Assembly (NCBI GenBank): GCA_039621445.1 | Contig: CP154954.1 | Coordinates: 31,644,012 to 31,708,011, forward strand | Direction of reading: 5' to 3' | Length of the DNA stretch: 64,000 bases | From: Euglena gracilis | Lineage: Eukaryota | Shown here: positions 33,149 through 47,018 of the stretch, one piece after another | How positions within the stretch are numbered: the stretch's first letter is position 1 | Layout: each line of letters begins with the position of its first letter | Program-made: the position numbers and the translations under genes | Notes under the pieces: model-generated | The model's input: only the letters and a program-made list of their open reading frames with translations | Told to the model about the DNA's origin: nothing | Database searches by the model: none

Positions 33149-34765
33149 CAGGGCCAACAGAGCCTTGCGTACCGGAGGGACGGAAAACCAGGAAGGCACC
33201 ACACCTCGGGTAATTGCTTGTTGTTGTTGCTGTATAATTACACTTGCAGCCCTCTGCCTCAGAATGTTATGGGATAGAATAGTTTTCTGTTGAAGGAACC
33301 ATCGACTGAAAGATTCTTCATTATATGTTGCATATTTTGAATCGGATTCAGATTTTGTTGTGTTTGCTGATCACCTCAGGGAAGTGGTTCCCCCAGTGAG
33401 CTTCGGCCCTGGGGGGGGGGGCAGAAGAGTCAGCCCCAGGTTTTTTGACCCCAGAGTGCCACAGCCCTGGGGGGGGGGGTGCAGATTTTTCGGAAAAATC
33501 GCACCACAGATTTTTCGGGCAGCACCCCGTGAGTTTCGACCGGGGGGGGGTGACGTTTCGAGAGAGAAGTAAAAAGCGCCGAACTGAGAATCACGACCCA
33601 GGGAGGAAGTTAGGGTTCGGAACCCCCCGAAAGGGGTGAAACGCCAATGTAAATATGAGCCCAGGGTTTATGTTGGCCCTTTTTCAGCATCGCCCCCTGT
33701 GAGCTACACATGTGTGGCGGCTCCTGGGAGGCGTTTTGAGAAGGGGGGTGTGAGAGGGCGCTGCTTCTTTGAGGGTGAATTTTTCTGATGGTGAATCCTA
33801 TTAAGAATTGGGAATCCCAGTTTTCAGCTGTTTTTTTATCTGACCTTACTCTCTGTTCTGTAGCTCACAACTGTCTTGAGTTGATTGCCCAAGGCTTGGA
33901 TGTCTTATCTTTGTTGCTTGGTTTGAATTTCGAAGTAGACACTCAAGAGTGGGATATTGCAGCGCCAGGAGGAATATCAGGAAAATTGGTGAATTGGATA
34001 AAGAAAAGTTCAAGAACCACCCAGGGGCGCCGGTGTCGCAGGGAATCAGGGTTGGCGGCCCCAGTGTTCCACTCTCAAGTCCAGCAGCTCGGTCAGTGGA
34101 AAATTTTTCAGCCTATCAAGCCCATTATTTGAGGCTGGGAGACGTTTCAAACAATCAAAAAAATAGGCCCAAAGGGGCTTCACAGTACCTCACCATCTCG
34201 CAGTGCGCAGCCCGAATGGTTTCGGAATCCCACGACACAGGAACGGGGAGGAGGGTCCAAGAGGGAGATGCACAAGAAGATGGTGAGCCGAACCTCGCCA
34301 CCCAAAAAAACAGCAGAAAGACATCCCAGCTAGAAAGGGGACCTCCGAAAAACAAGCCCCAACCACCCACCCAGAAACATACCAGAAAGAGATGCCATCC
34401 CCACTTCCGGTGGGGCCCCCCACCAAGCGACAAGTGAGAGGGTTCTTCGCCAAGGTTTCGGAGGAGGCCTCATCGTCGCCGTATCCGGGGATAAAGGCGC
34501 AGTACGAAGCACCGCCCGCGCACGCACAAACGCACCAGAACAGAACAGCCGGCAAGGAAAGCACGACCTTGCCATCTTCTTGTGCTTCGACTCTTGGTCC
34601 CTTCCTCCCCCTTCCTGTGTCGTGGGAGTCCGAAAATCTGCTGTTTTTGGGTTTCTGCAGCTTTAGGATGCTGAACATTGGTGCTTTCACCCCTTTTTTG
34701 GTTGCTTGCAGTGGCACTTTCTCTGCTGAAAACCGGGAGTCCTAATTCTTAATAGGATTCACCCT

Positions 34766-37700
34766 TCAGCAGCGCCCCCTCACAGACTTCCTCCACTTGC
34801 AAACCAGCATTTTTCCACCATAAAACCCCAGCCCCTCTGGTGCTGTGGAGTTTTCCAGTGGGTGGTGTCCACCCCTCCCCTCTTGCCAAGCTTCTCTGGT
34901 GAGTGAATTCACTCTGTCTGAGGTCAAAGGTCTTTTACCATCCAAAGACCATAACAAATTATTTTTGTGCCCAACCATGCAGTCTGTCCTTTCCACGTAC
35001 TCTTTCAATAAATGCCAGGGGCTTATGAGGGGGCTGTGTGGCAAATTCAAAACCTTCTTCCCACCTGGGGAATTGCCAACCTTTCCTTTGCAACAGAATC
35101 AAAAATTTTTCTCCCACGAAACTCATTTGCTGGGTTCTGGATAGGTCAACCCGCCTGTGGAGGGCCAACAGCCTCCAACAAATGATGAGTCTCTTTCTGA
35201 GCTCTTTCACGGACAGTTCTGAGAGGGGTTTGAATTTCTGATGATGTTTTGTAGAAATTCAGTTGGGTTCAAAAACGGGAATGCCTGCATACATTGGAAT
35301 TCCATTTCCTTTTCAATGGAGCCAAAGGAGGGGAACACCTCAATGAACCAAACCCTGGAAGCCACAAAGCTGCTGCATAGGCATTTCTTGCAGTGTTGAG
35401 GCTGTGAACAGCAAGATCAAGGATGGCCTCGGCAATCTTGAGGACTGTGCAGACCTGCAGGGGCACCCCTTTTTGCAACAATTCGCCCACCAATGTCCTG
35501 AAGGCTGAGTCATATCTTTTGACATTTCCCAGGTTTTTTATGTAAGTGTCGCTACTGGACATCGAAACTTCCTGGATTGTAATATTTGCCTGACACAATC
35601 AAGCAGGCCAAATTCCACCTTGGGGGGGAATCTCCTCCCCCCAGCAGTTGGTGAACCGACCACACTGGGAGTACCAGCAAAACTTTGCTGCGTGGCTGCC
35701 TTGCCTAATTGACATTAATTGGCGCCACCGTGATGTCGAAGCCCAGTGGGGTACGATCAACACACAAGTTAACATTAATCTCTGAACCCGCTGGGGAATG
35801 ATGCTCCAGGGAAGGTTTGCATAAATGGGGGGGAGGCCCCTTAACTCTGACTTCAAGGCATCACCCAGCAAAGCCCCTTGGTGGGGGTGTCGACAAACGA
35901 ACTTGGAGGGTTTTTTGTTGCTGCGTGTGCAAAACATGTCCACCTCTGGGGTTGTCTTTTTGAAAAAAAGAAGAATGTGGTGATGTTCAGCTTTAGGGTA
36001 TAATCCCTTGTGTCCTTTTGCTCCCTGGTCAAGGAGTCTGCCAATTGCTCCTGGGTGGGAACCCAAACCACCTGCAAATTTATCTGCTTTTCCTGAAAAT
36101 GATACAGCAGGGGTTTTAAGATGGAATTTAGGCATGGCTGTTTGCCTCCCCATTTTGTTAAATAACTTACAGCCACCTGGCTGTCTACATGAAGCACAAT
36201 AGTTTGTTTTGGTTTGGCCAAAGCTTTTACTGTTTCCAGTGCAGCCTGCAACCCTTTTTGATTGATATGAAGGACACGAAGGTCACTCAAAAAGGCCTGC
36301 ACCTTTCGGCATGAATCTTTGCATAGCCCCACCCCACACTGCCAGGTGCTGCTGTCTGAGAAAAGTTCCGAAGAGGCCTGGGTTTGAAATGCCCTGCTGA
36401 CACCTGGCCGTAAAAATGCCTTTAATTCCATAATTTGATCCTTTACCCCCTGGGGAATGGTTAGGGTGTTGTCCCTACCCCACTTTGTGTGACGGTCCAC
36501 CATTTTGCAAAGTTGCTCTGTCAGAATACGGAGAAATTGCTCTGAGACTAAGCCTGTGACTTGACCCACAATCTAACTTGGTTTTCTGCAGCACATTTTG
36601 TGTGCTGTGAGCGCTTTGCCTAGCCTGATGTATTTTAGTTTTTCCTGAGGATTTTATATTTAGCCTTTTTTCAAAGTGACCCACTGCACCCAATGTGTTA
36701 TTTCCTGTGCGGGTTTCAGACAGGATTTGGGCAGGTTTAATCTGAAACCTGCCAGTAAAAGTTCCCTTTTATTTCTGCCAAATGTTGGGCTGCTGTATTT
36801 TTGCTGGGGGCTAACAGCAAAATGTCGCTCAGGTAGATGAAAACCACCTTTCCCTCCTTTCTCCGTTTTCTTTCCCAGACTCTCGTGAGAGTCATAATTT
36901 ATATATAATTTTATAATATAAAATATAATAATATAATATTATTTATATATAATGCTCAACCCAGGAAAGACACTGTGAAACAGGGGCGGCACCGGGTGGG
37001 GGCTCTTTTCGCAATCAACGCCTTTTCCGCCGCCCGACCCCGGGCCCCCTGTTTGGCTGGCTTCGGCTTTGCCTTCGGTTTTGCTTTCGCCTTGGGCCTT
37101 GCTTTGCCACCCATTGGCAGGCAACTTCCACTTCAAATTTTGAAACTTCAAACACAGCACTAGACTCAAATCTACAAATCCTCAGTTAGTCCCAGGATCC
37201 AGATGTATGCCAGAGGGCCACGACCCATGGGCCCAGCAATCAACTCATGAGGTTTGAATGAACAGAAAAAGCACAGATTACAATGTGCAGCACGCGCGCT
37301 CAGTCCTAATTCAGGCTTCAGGATGCGCACAACACCTGTGGCACCAGATCGTCCTGACCACCAACAAAATCAAGCCGCTCCAAAACAAGAACCAATTGAC
37401 ACTGACTCAGATCAAACACCAATTGAAGAGACAGAGGTTTCAACGCAGGGCACTGGCCAGCTTGGCAGGCGATCTGCTGGATGCCTGTCACAGCAGCATT
37501 GCTTTGCAGTGCGTGCCAGCTCAACTAATAAAACAAGCTGCCAAGGGGGTCACAGCCGATTTTCACAAACTGGGTTTTTGGGGCAAGCACAAACGTTGGA
37601 GTCTGGTCGGGAAAAAAACCAGCAGTGAAGGACCTGCTGGAGCGGGTCATCCAGGCGACAGCGCATCCAATACCCAGACAATTCAAGACCCAACACACAG

Positions 37701-39420
37701 CTGCGATTCCCCATCACAGCAGATGCCAGCAACAACGGATGGTCGGCAGTTTTGACCCAAGAAGGCAGAGACCTTCAGACCAGTACACAAATGTGGACAA
37801 TCAAAGAAAAAAACTTCACATCACCACCCCTGCAAGCTCTGGCAAGCGCCAAAGAATTCACTTTCTGGCTCCACACCTTCCAAACGACTGCGAACTGACC
37901 AAACAGACAGATGGTTCAAGCGCAATGTGGTGTTTTAAAAAGGGTCCAAGTTGCACATTCTGAACTAGCCAATAAATGCCCAGCTACAGGCATTGTACTG
38001 CAGCAAGATCTTCACAAGTGTCAAACACATTACAGGACAGACAAACAAATGGGCAGATTGGCTGTCCAGACACCCAGATCCAAAGAATTACGCTTTGGAC
38101 GACCAGATTTTTCAGCAGGTGCAAAACATTTCAGGTCCCAGCCACAGGGGGAACTTTTTGCCAACCATCGGTTATTCACGTGGACCCATCCTTGTGCATT
38201 GTGGGGTGCACGTGTTGTTTTGTTCATGCAGGAATGTGTTGCGTTTCTTTCTTTTTTTAACGGCGCCTCACTGTTCACAAATGTTTCTGGCAGACCCTGG
38301 TGCAGGGGTGGGTTCATCTGCAACAGGGCGCCATCATTCCTGGGTTCTTGTTGCCTTCCCCCACCTTCTGCTTTCCTTTTCCTTTTCCTTCACGATTGTT
38401 GGATCTGCTTCTGGGTCTGTTCTGCTGTGGTCTGCTGTTGATTCTACACCTTCCCCTGTGCTGGGATTGTTGTGTTCTCTGTTTCAACCGTTTTTTCCCC
38501 TCCTGCGTTAGCAACCTGGTGGTTGTTAAGTCAGGTCTGTGGTGCCGTCTGGAGGATTGGCTGTTTCCTGGCAGTAAATGTCTTCCAGTTTTTTTGCACG
38601 TCCTGCCACAAACTTCTGGCGCAGGCTGAAGTGGCATTTAAGTGCTCTAATTCATCTGTTTCTACACCGTGTTCACCAACAGATTTCAAGCATTTTTACT
38701 TTTTTACTTTTTCTGGTCCTGACAAAGGTTTTGATCCAACCTGTTCCTTCTGGCTAGGGGGGGCAGGACTCCCACATACATTGTCAGATGCTGAGAAGAT
38801 TTTTTCGAAAGATCAAGGGGTGGAGGGGAGGCCAGCCTTTGGCTAAAGGCCAGGGAATCAGCATGGGTGGGGTTAATGTGTGCAGGGTAAGACATAAGTC
38901 TAATCAGCAGTGGGTCTTGCATCCTCTTCATCTCCCATTGAATCATCTTCTTCAAAATCGTTGTCGTTGGGGGGCTGGGGGCTGTGGGGGCTGGTTTTTG
39001 ACCCTGGACTTCATTTTGCCCCACTTACATTTTCAAACTCTCAAATTCTTGTTCTTTGAAGCTCTTGGACAGTTTGCTCCATCCGCAGATGATTTTCAAC
39101 ACCCCTGCGGAAAACCTGTGTGAAAAGGTTTGGCTGAAATAAGGTGTGTTCTGGGGTTTAAGGAACACAGCTGTGGCTTGTGCTGCCTGACAAAACTCCA
39201 AAACTGCCTGCAAAAATGAAAGTAGAAAATGAGATTTTGGTATGAATGAAGGCAGGGGATGTAGCTCAGAAACTCTCCGCTCTCTGAACTGTATCTTAAT
39301 CTGGTTTTTAAGCTGTCTCTGACAGCTGAATTCTCGGCGTTTGAAACCGCGGATTCTCGGGCACAAATGCCAGTGCGGGCGACCCGCCCTCACAGGAAAG
39401 CAGGGGCTTGTGCTGTGCAC
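34766..39420 (-). mobile_element. Decayed DIRS-type tyrosine-recombinase retrotransposon (gag remnant, RT, RNase H, N6-adenine MTase, YR); boundaries approximate
   Basis: VVFIYLSDILL (RT, about 36830), LFSDSS/HINQK/VDSQVAVSYL..GG/WVPT...ADSLTR (RNase H), EVDMFCTRSN..IYANLPW..VLIVPHW (MTase, 35700-35950), LHRRVDL, SPWHLLKEY, HSTRGAG (YR). Many stops and frameshifts. Confidence 0.85.
37250..38140 (+). pseudogene. Oppositely oriented, internally deleted DIRS-like fragment
   Basis: KHITGQTNKWADWLSRHPDPKNYAL (RNase H C-terminus leading into MTase) on the + strand inside the - strand element. Confidence 0.6.
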
Positions 39421-40146
39421 ATCCCGACGTGCACATGTTTCTTTTCTCTCCGAGGTTTTTCTAAGGTTGGGAGTGTTACGGGGTCCTTAACTGAAGTGTG
39501 ACCTATTTTTCGCCTCGGGGTTTGACAAAATAACTGAAATTCGTATTTTTGGCTATTAGTCGAATCAAAAGTTCAGACAAGGTTCAATGGGTAAGCCTGT
39601 GAAGCGTAAAACCGTATTTTCGACATTCCGGCCGTAACTGGCGAAATTTCTGGATCCAGCCGTCCGAATGTTTCCGGTCGGTGGGATCGAAGCAAATTGC
39701 GAGTTAAAGAAAGCCCCACAATCCAACCAGCCAATTTCAAACCCAATTACATACACAGGGACCATTTGTGGGACCTTCAACGATTGACTCAAAGAATTTA
39801 GAAAGTCATTGTGTTTTTGTGCATGGGTTTCAGTAATAAGTTCAAATTTCTTATTTCGTCGAAGGGCAAAAAAATAACTGCTGACGTCAAAAAAAAGACA
39901 AGGCAAATCAAAAGAAAAGCAACACGATGGTCGGCGGGGACCAGCCAGGAGGCGGAGCCCGGGGAAGCTCACAGTGGTTGGTGCGCGCGAGGGTGTTGCC
40001 GGACTTGGCGAAGATAAGGCTTTCTCCAACACCTTGGCGCCGTTGCCACGTCACCCCCCCCTTCACACGTTCACCTGGTGGCGGCTCCGGCTGTCTGTGT
40101 CCTTTTGGGGACTTTTGGGGACCACTTGGTAGCGTGGTAGCGCGTT

Positions 40147-40640
40147 TTGGGCTTTTTGGGTCCCCTCCTTTCCGCCCCCCCCTTTGAGTGGACCCCTGTG
40201 CGACGGAAAGGGCCCCTGTGGATGCGCCAGGGTGCACCTCCCACAGACCAGGTCTGTGTCCGAAATCCCTGTGGCCAGAATGCCTGGTCCAAAGGGGAAA
40301 TCGGGCATAGCCCTGGGAGGGGGATGTGTACCAGGCGTATGCTTCTGTCCCCTTCCGTTGAGGAAGTTAGGATGGAAGCAGATCCTATTAGGATCTCCTA
40401 ATGGGTGCCCCTTCTCTCTCCACAGGTGGTATTCTTCTTTATACCTTTTTCCTTCCTTTCCATCGGACAGGACTTGGGTATCCAGTCCGTCCTCCCTGCA
40501 TTGCTCTGTGCTTTGCTTCTTGGGAAGTGGGAAAAGGGATTTTCTGTTACTCTGATTTTCAGTTCCCAAGTAGGTGCGCCAAGGCGAAAGCGAAGGCTTT
40601 TGGGAATTGGGAAAGGGGAATTGGGAATCAGACGTACACT
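40147..40640 (+). repeat. Old LTR-like repeat family, copy A
   Basis: Diverged homology to 41479-41960 (-), 55819-56116 (-) and 63870-63940 (+), e.g. GATCCTATTAGGATCT, CTCTCCACAGGTGGTATT, GGGAAT.AGACGTACACT. Confidence 0.75.
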
Positions 40641-41180
40641 CTTTTGTGGCTGGGGGGTTTGGGTTGCTTGACTGGGGGTTCCCTTTCTGCACGAGGCGTC
40701 TTCTTTTTTGGGGCATTTCTGGGCAGGCGGCAACTTTACAGCCCATTATCGGTGACCTGGTGCCCAAAGCGTTACGGAAATGCCCTGACCACTCAATCTC
40801 ACTGCGCAATCAGGCCAAACAAGGGCAAAGTGCCAAACACAAGGTGTCTCGTGCTCAATTGATGAAAACCGGCCATGAAAAAACGGACAACGAAGACGAA
40901 GGACAAAGACCACGTCACCCACCCCACGCGTAAATGAAACTTCTGCTGAAAAGCCCTCAGTCAGCCAGTTACTGCCGCAGATCACCACCACATCACCTCA
41001 TGACACCACCAATTGCCTGACAACACAACTGAGGGGTTTTTAGTAAACGATCGGTGAACCCACAACCCAGCGATGATGCCATTTCGCTGGGCTGTCAGAT
41101 TAAACAAATGACACACCTGCGGACGCAGAACGGGCTGTCAAGAACTACATACGACCACCAACCAGATCTGAAGTACGAGC

Positions 41181-41467
41181 GGCAGCCCGAAACTACTGGG
41201 CCCCCCCCGGGGGGGGGCCAGTAGTTAATCCGGGGAGTCAAAAGATTTTTTTTTGCGTTAGTGATGGAATAGGGTTAGGTGCGCGACTTAGGCTTAGGGT
41301 TTCGTCCCAACTTGTACACCGAACACCCGTCTAAAAAATAGGCCTAACCCTAAGCCTAAGTCGCGCACCTAACCCTTTTCCATCATTAACACAAAAAATA
41401 TTTTGACCCCCCGGATTAACTACTGGCCCCCCCCCCCCGGGGGGGGCCCCAGTAGTTTCGGGCGGCC
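41181..41467. mobile_element. Fold-back MITE, Merlin-like (GG..CC ends, 8 bp TSD)
   Basis: Long TIRs and perfect TSD GTACGAGC (41173-41180, 41468-41475). Confidence 0.85.
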
Positions 41468-41478
41468 GTACGAGCCTC

Positions 41479-41960
41479 AGTGTGCGTCTGCTTCCCAATT
41501 CCCAATTCCCCAAAACGCTTCGCTTCCGCCTTGTCGCAGCTACTTAAGAAACTGAAAATCTGAGTAACAAAAAAACTCCTTTCCCCAATTCCCCGAGAAG
41601 CAAGGCACACAGAGAAGATATGATAACGGACTTTAAAAAGTCCGAGGGAGAAGGAAAAATATATAATATAAAATAATACTACCTGTGGAGAGAAAAGAGG
41701 GATTGAGAAGATCCTAATAGGATCTGCTCTCATGCCTACTTCCTCATCGGAAAGGCAGACAGCATATTGCTGGAACACATCCCCCTCCCAGGGCCATGCC
41801 CGATTTCCCATCTGGGCCAGGCACTCTGGTCAGAGATGCCGGACTCAAACTTTTTGTGTGGGAGGTGTAACCTGACGCATTCCCAGGGTCACCTTTCCAT
41901 CGCACAGGGTTCCACTCATGTGGGGGGGGGGATGGAAAGAGGAGAACCCAAAAATCCGAA
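41479..41960 (-). repeat. Old LTR-like repeat family, copy B (possible 3' LTR of an approximately 14.6 kb element)
   Basis: Same orientation as, and closest by eye to, 55819-56116. Confidence 0.7.
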
Positions 41961-42401
41961 GACGTTAAAAATGGTTTCACCTATTCCGAGGGTTTATGGG
42001 TATAGTATTTTATAGCCCACTGGGGAAAATGGGGTGGCAGGTTTCCTTGGGATGCGAACCCGTCCATCCAGTTTGGGTGTGCCCAAGGCACTTGGGGTTG
42101 GGCCCATGGGCATTCCAGGAAAACCCATGGGGAGGGTGTGGAAGGAGAGGGCCTCTGACCGGTCAAACTGGGCATGGCATGCGCATGGCCAGTCAAACCT
42201 TACCTACAAACGGCCTTACACCAGTTTGTACTCCTTCTTCCTCTTCCCCCAACGTCTCCCAGTGTTAGGGAACGGTGGTTGTTACCGCAACATCTGCAAT
42301 CTGCACAAACTCGGCACCTATACAGTTGATGCACAGGGCAGAGATATCCCTGTCGTGAGCATTCCTACTGTAGGAGTAGTTCAAGCTGTGATTCCAGCCG
42401 T

Positions 42402-45400
42402 TCAGGCACTCGCACGAGTGCCACACAGTTCGGCACATATGCCCTGTGGTGGAACGACGCTGATTGCTCCTGCTGCTTGCACACATGCACAAGCGGTTGG
42501 TTGTGACACACATGGTGGCACACAGTGCACGCCCAGGTAAATGACGTAGCCGCGCAGGAAGTCCAACACACAGTCATCGCCGAAGAACTGTGCCAGTACT
42601 CCGGGTGAGCGCCTTTTCCAAAATGTCCAGGTGTCTTCCGGGATATAGTGGAAGGGCTCTCCTTTGACGAACAGAGGCTGAATCCATCGATTCAGTGACC
42701 CTTTCTGGTGCCTAATAGCAGCCAGCTTCTTTGTCCTTTCTTCCACGGTGCCTAGGCTCGTCAGGATATCCTGAGTCCAGAGATGGGGATCTGCAGTCAC
42801 GGGAAGAGAAGCAGGTTCATCGTGCTCCTCGTCCGTCGCCATTGCAGCAGAATTTTGGGCCTGCCGGCCACGAGCGTTACCTTTCGGTTTGCTCTGGCCG
42901 TAGCCGGACGCTGAATGCAACGGCCGAGTAGTCGTGCATTGTCGGAGGGACTTTTGACTGTCCGCCGGTCTGGCCTCCAGCGCTACCTTTCGGTGGTGGT
43001 TCCCCTCACCGCCCTTGGCAGGGGGCTTACAGGGTGCAGCACCCGGTTTGTCTCCCTTCGGCTTCGCACTCCAAGAATCAGGAGACGACGCCTGCAGCTT
43101 ACTACTGGTATCAGGAGCAGATGAAGCCATAGCAGACGGTTGCCGTCTGGGCGAAGTGGGCATAATGACCGCTGGATTGCGCATGACGCTGCGAGGAGTC
43201 GGCACATGTTCCTGGGGCTGCTCAGCCGGCCGTCGCTGTGCAGGTTCTCCCTGCCTGGCGGGGCGTGGGTCTGTGGCCTGCACCGGAATCGGTACTTCCA
43301 CAGGCGCTGGCACTCCATAAACTCAGCAATCGTCCTCGGTGTTGCAGGGATCCAGCGCGGTGTCGGTGGACGTGGAGGTATCTCCTCCATTTCCATCTCG
43401 ACGTCTGGTCCAGGAGGATGATCATCAACTGCTGGCGCAGGTGCTACAGGAGGTTGATCCTCCGTCGTAGCCTGGCCGCAGATGTCTCTGTCGTCCGGGG
43501 TTCATACCTGATGGTGGTTGCACTGCTGCCGGACGTAGGGGTGTAGGGACGCTGACATTTGGTGCCTCCACGGCCTCACTGGCGGTGCTTGATGCTACGC
43601 CTCCAATTCGTGGCGTCAGTGCAGCGGCCGCGGAATAAACGCCGGAGACCACAGCTCCGAGCACATGGCCTCGGAATGAGGTGCGTTGTGTGGGACTGGG
43701 AGGTTCCTCGAGGGTATCCTCGACGACCATACCAGCCACATCGGCTTGGGGCTCAGCCGTTGGGACAGGCGTTTCAGCCACAGATATTTTATCTGCGGGT
43801 GCTTCCTCTGGCCGAGACTATGTCGGAGCAGGTTGAGCAGCGTGGAGGATATCCTCCACGATCTTGCCTTCCTCCAGAAGGCGTTCCTCGTCTGCACGTT
43901 CCGGTGGACACACGGAGGCAGCCGCCGACGTGGCCGCGGAGACTGACCGTCCCACTGTCGCTCACGGGGCAGAGACCAAGGATTCAACCGTTTCTGTCGG
44001 AGACGGCGGCGCTGCCTCCAAAATGGGCGTTCCTCCCGCCGCGTTCCTCCCGCCGCGGAATCGCGGTGGTGGAGGCAACTGACGGTTCACGTCTCCTCCG
44101 CGCCACAGGTTCATCCTCCGGGGCGATGTAGGCGCGCAGATTCTCGAGCGATCAAAGAACTTCGGGGTGCCATCGGCTTCCCTGAGCGTCCGCCAGCCGG
44201 TAAAAGGCCAGCGTATAGCTGCTGGTTTTTGGGGAAGGGTGGCTGCCATGATGGTCCCACCCATGCGTTGGCTGGAACGTTCGGGCCAAGGGGATCTCGG
44301 AGGCGCGTTGCCTCCCGGGCCTCGAAGAACCCTTCCTCGAACCCCTGGAAGCTTGCCAGAATAGGCATGCGCTGGTCGAGGATTGCTTTCGGGATCGTCA
44401 TCAACGGGATGAAAACCTGCCTGCTGCCAAACTGTAGCCGCAGATGTTCTTCCAGGCTAATATCAGCCCGGTGCCAGTTTGGGCGCAGATCAGCAAGCCG
44501 ACGACGATAGGGTCGCTGTAGTCTGACGGTAACCTTTCCACTCCAGGCCTATCGTCCTGGGGGTCACGGAGATGTATATACACGTCAATGATATGTATGG
44601 TCCAAGCACACCACCAGAACTGCTGCAGTATAAGAATACACCGCTTGTGAAAGCGGAACTTTTGCCCTGGTAACACGGGGCGTCGCGGCACACATGCATA
44701 TGAAGGGGACGTCCCATCTCCAGGTCCGGGCTTTCCCGAGACAGTGGAGAACTCCCGCGGCCGCCGGATCCCAAAAAATCGACAGGAAATTACTGCCCAC
44801 AAAACTTACACAAGAGGTCATACCTCTGTGGACAAGCCAGGGATACGCGCTGAACGCGGAAGGTCGATCCGTTGTGGCTCACCAGCCACACCTGGAGGTT
44901 GTGGCACCACAACCCCTCAACCAGGCTTTCAATGTCGGGGTGCACTGGGTAGTATTCCCACTGTACTTCGAGGCGTCCGAATGAATAGATACAGTCCAAA
45001 TAGGCCTTCAGCCTCCGAGCCAACACACGCTGGTCTCGGAATCCGAAATGGTGCAAGTAACTGCGAACATCCGAATCGGTGAAGGGACCACAGTTCTGGG
45101 GCATCCCAGACAAAACCAGAGCTCCCAGAAACCTGACTGGACATGCAGCAAGGCTCTGCCACCTTCACCTTCGAAGGCGTACAGATCAATTCCGTAATGG
45201 AATTGTCGGTCTCTGTCCTCGGTGTGTTTAATACCACCTCGATGACTGCATCTGGAGTGGTGATTCGGCGGTTACTTGCAATATGATATTTGTGTTGCAT
45301 CCGCCAGCCCCAATCCTCCAGCTCCTCCTTGAACTTGAGCGTTTGCTCGGGGTCCGACAGGACCTAGGCTGTTTCCTCCTCTTGCTCGTCCCTCACTTTC

Positions 45401-47018
45401 CCCTTACACTTACCACTTACCTTTCCCGTCTGGCGAATACCAGAGGGTCGGGTGCTCGGTGCAGCAGGAGTCGGTTCGGTCCTTCCCAAATCATCTCTGG
45501 GGAGGGACCTTGCTGCTCAGCTGTGTCGTGGTGATGGCGTAGCTGGGCGCTGGCTGGGAGCCAGGCGTGTGGTTTGGCCTCAGCGCAGGACGTCACGGCT
45601 ACTTCCATGCCGGAGGGATTGGCGGTGCCATTATGAAAACAGGACGGCTCATCGCCACCTGTGCCTCTGCCGACGGTGGACCAGTCGGGGTATCCTGGCG
45701 GTTGTCCGCGCCGGTGTCCCTTGCGGGGCGCTTGAGCTGTGGGGAGAGGATCTCCATCGCCCGATCGCGGTTCGGGGTGGCAGGTAGTACTGCTGCTCTT
45801 GGCGGGGGCCCACGGGTAATCCAGGGGTCGCCATCAGCAGCTGCGGTTGCTACGGGTGGTGTGAGGTGTATCCAGGGCCCTGAAATGCTGCCAGATAGGC
45901 ATAATGCCTCGTCCTGTGCCCCTCGTAACTACAGGCTCTTGCAGCAGGTGCCGAGCAAATTCATACTGCTCGGTTCCTGGAAGCGCCATGAGGTAGTAGG
46001 GACCTTCCTGTCGACGTGGTACATCCCTGGTCTGGGCAGGCGGTGCACTGGGAGATCCGGTTGCCACACGCTGGGGAGGTTCATCCTCCACCACAATGGG
46101 CTCTACCTGCCACCGTGGCTCATCGCCATGGGCAGTGGCGACCGGTGGTGCCTGTGGCATCCAGTGCGCAAACATGCGTTGGACGTTTTCCTCGGGAGGT
46201 ACGTTGGACTGTCCGGCTGCGAGTACGTGCTCGCCTTGCGGGTAATCCGCAAGCGTCGCATACTGTGAGACCTTTTGCTCCGCTGGCGCCTCGCGCGGCA
46301 GCATTCGCGGCGGCGTGGGCTGGCGAACAAATATTCTCCTCTTCCCGGGCAGGACGGGCACAGCTTCACCTATCGGTGGGGGAGTGTGCTCACGCATGTG
46401 AACGGTGTGGTATCCCACAGGCGTCTGCGTTTGCAACATGGGCGGTACATACATGCCCAGGTCCGTCATGGTTTAGCCACGCTCGAATACGGAATCGGAT
46501 GCCGACGAGTAATCCCGTCTCCCCGTCATCAGGGCTTGTCTACAGGGACACCACTGAGCCACAAGTGTGTTGGCTACCACCAACAACTGAGCACAGTATG
46601 CATCCCAAAGGGCTTGCATGAAAGGCTCCGTTGAGGGGTGTGAGCACATACGCATCTCACGCTCTAACGTCTCCATAGTGCGAAAGATCATCTCTCCGAC
46701 ATACGTAGGCAGGTGCGATCTGTATTGCCCTGGTTGTTGGGGTGCTGGCTGCTGGACGGCAGGTATATCTGGTACCTCGCGTGCGGAACTGTTGCTACTA
46801 ACCGCGGCGAATACCGGGGCTGCAACTCTGTCAGTATGTTGGGAACATGGAATGGGGGCTTCAGCGTACTGCGGGTACTGCTTGTATGACGCGCCAGATG
46901 GCTGCGGCCATGGTGGACCTTGTCCTGGTCCGCGCCCACGTAGCATTATGCCACACGAGAGACGACTGCAACAAAGTAAAGCTTTAGAACAGTCTGGTGA
47001 GTGCTGTTGCACTGACAT
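42402..47018 (-). pseudogene. Frameshifted Pro/Ser-rich coding-like region, probably an accessory ORF of the old LTR element
   Basis: Successive - strand ORFs (46473-47018, 45834-46469, 43425-43781, 42402-43313) with similar low-complexity composition. No confident domain. Confidence 0.4.

Noticed and set aside
36895-36952. AT-only patch as regulatory element or origin
   Set aside because: Low-complexity filler at a deletion junction in the DIRS RT; no further support.
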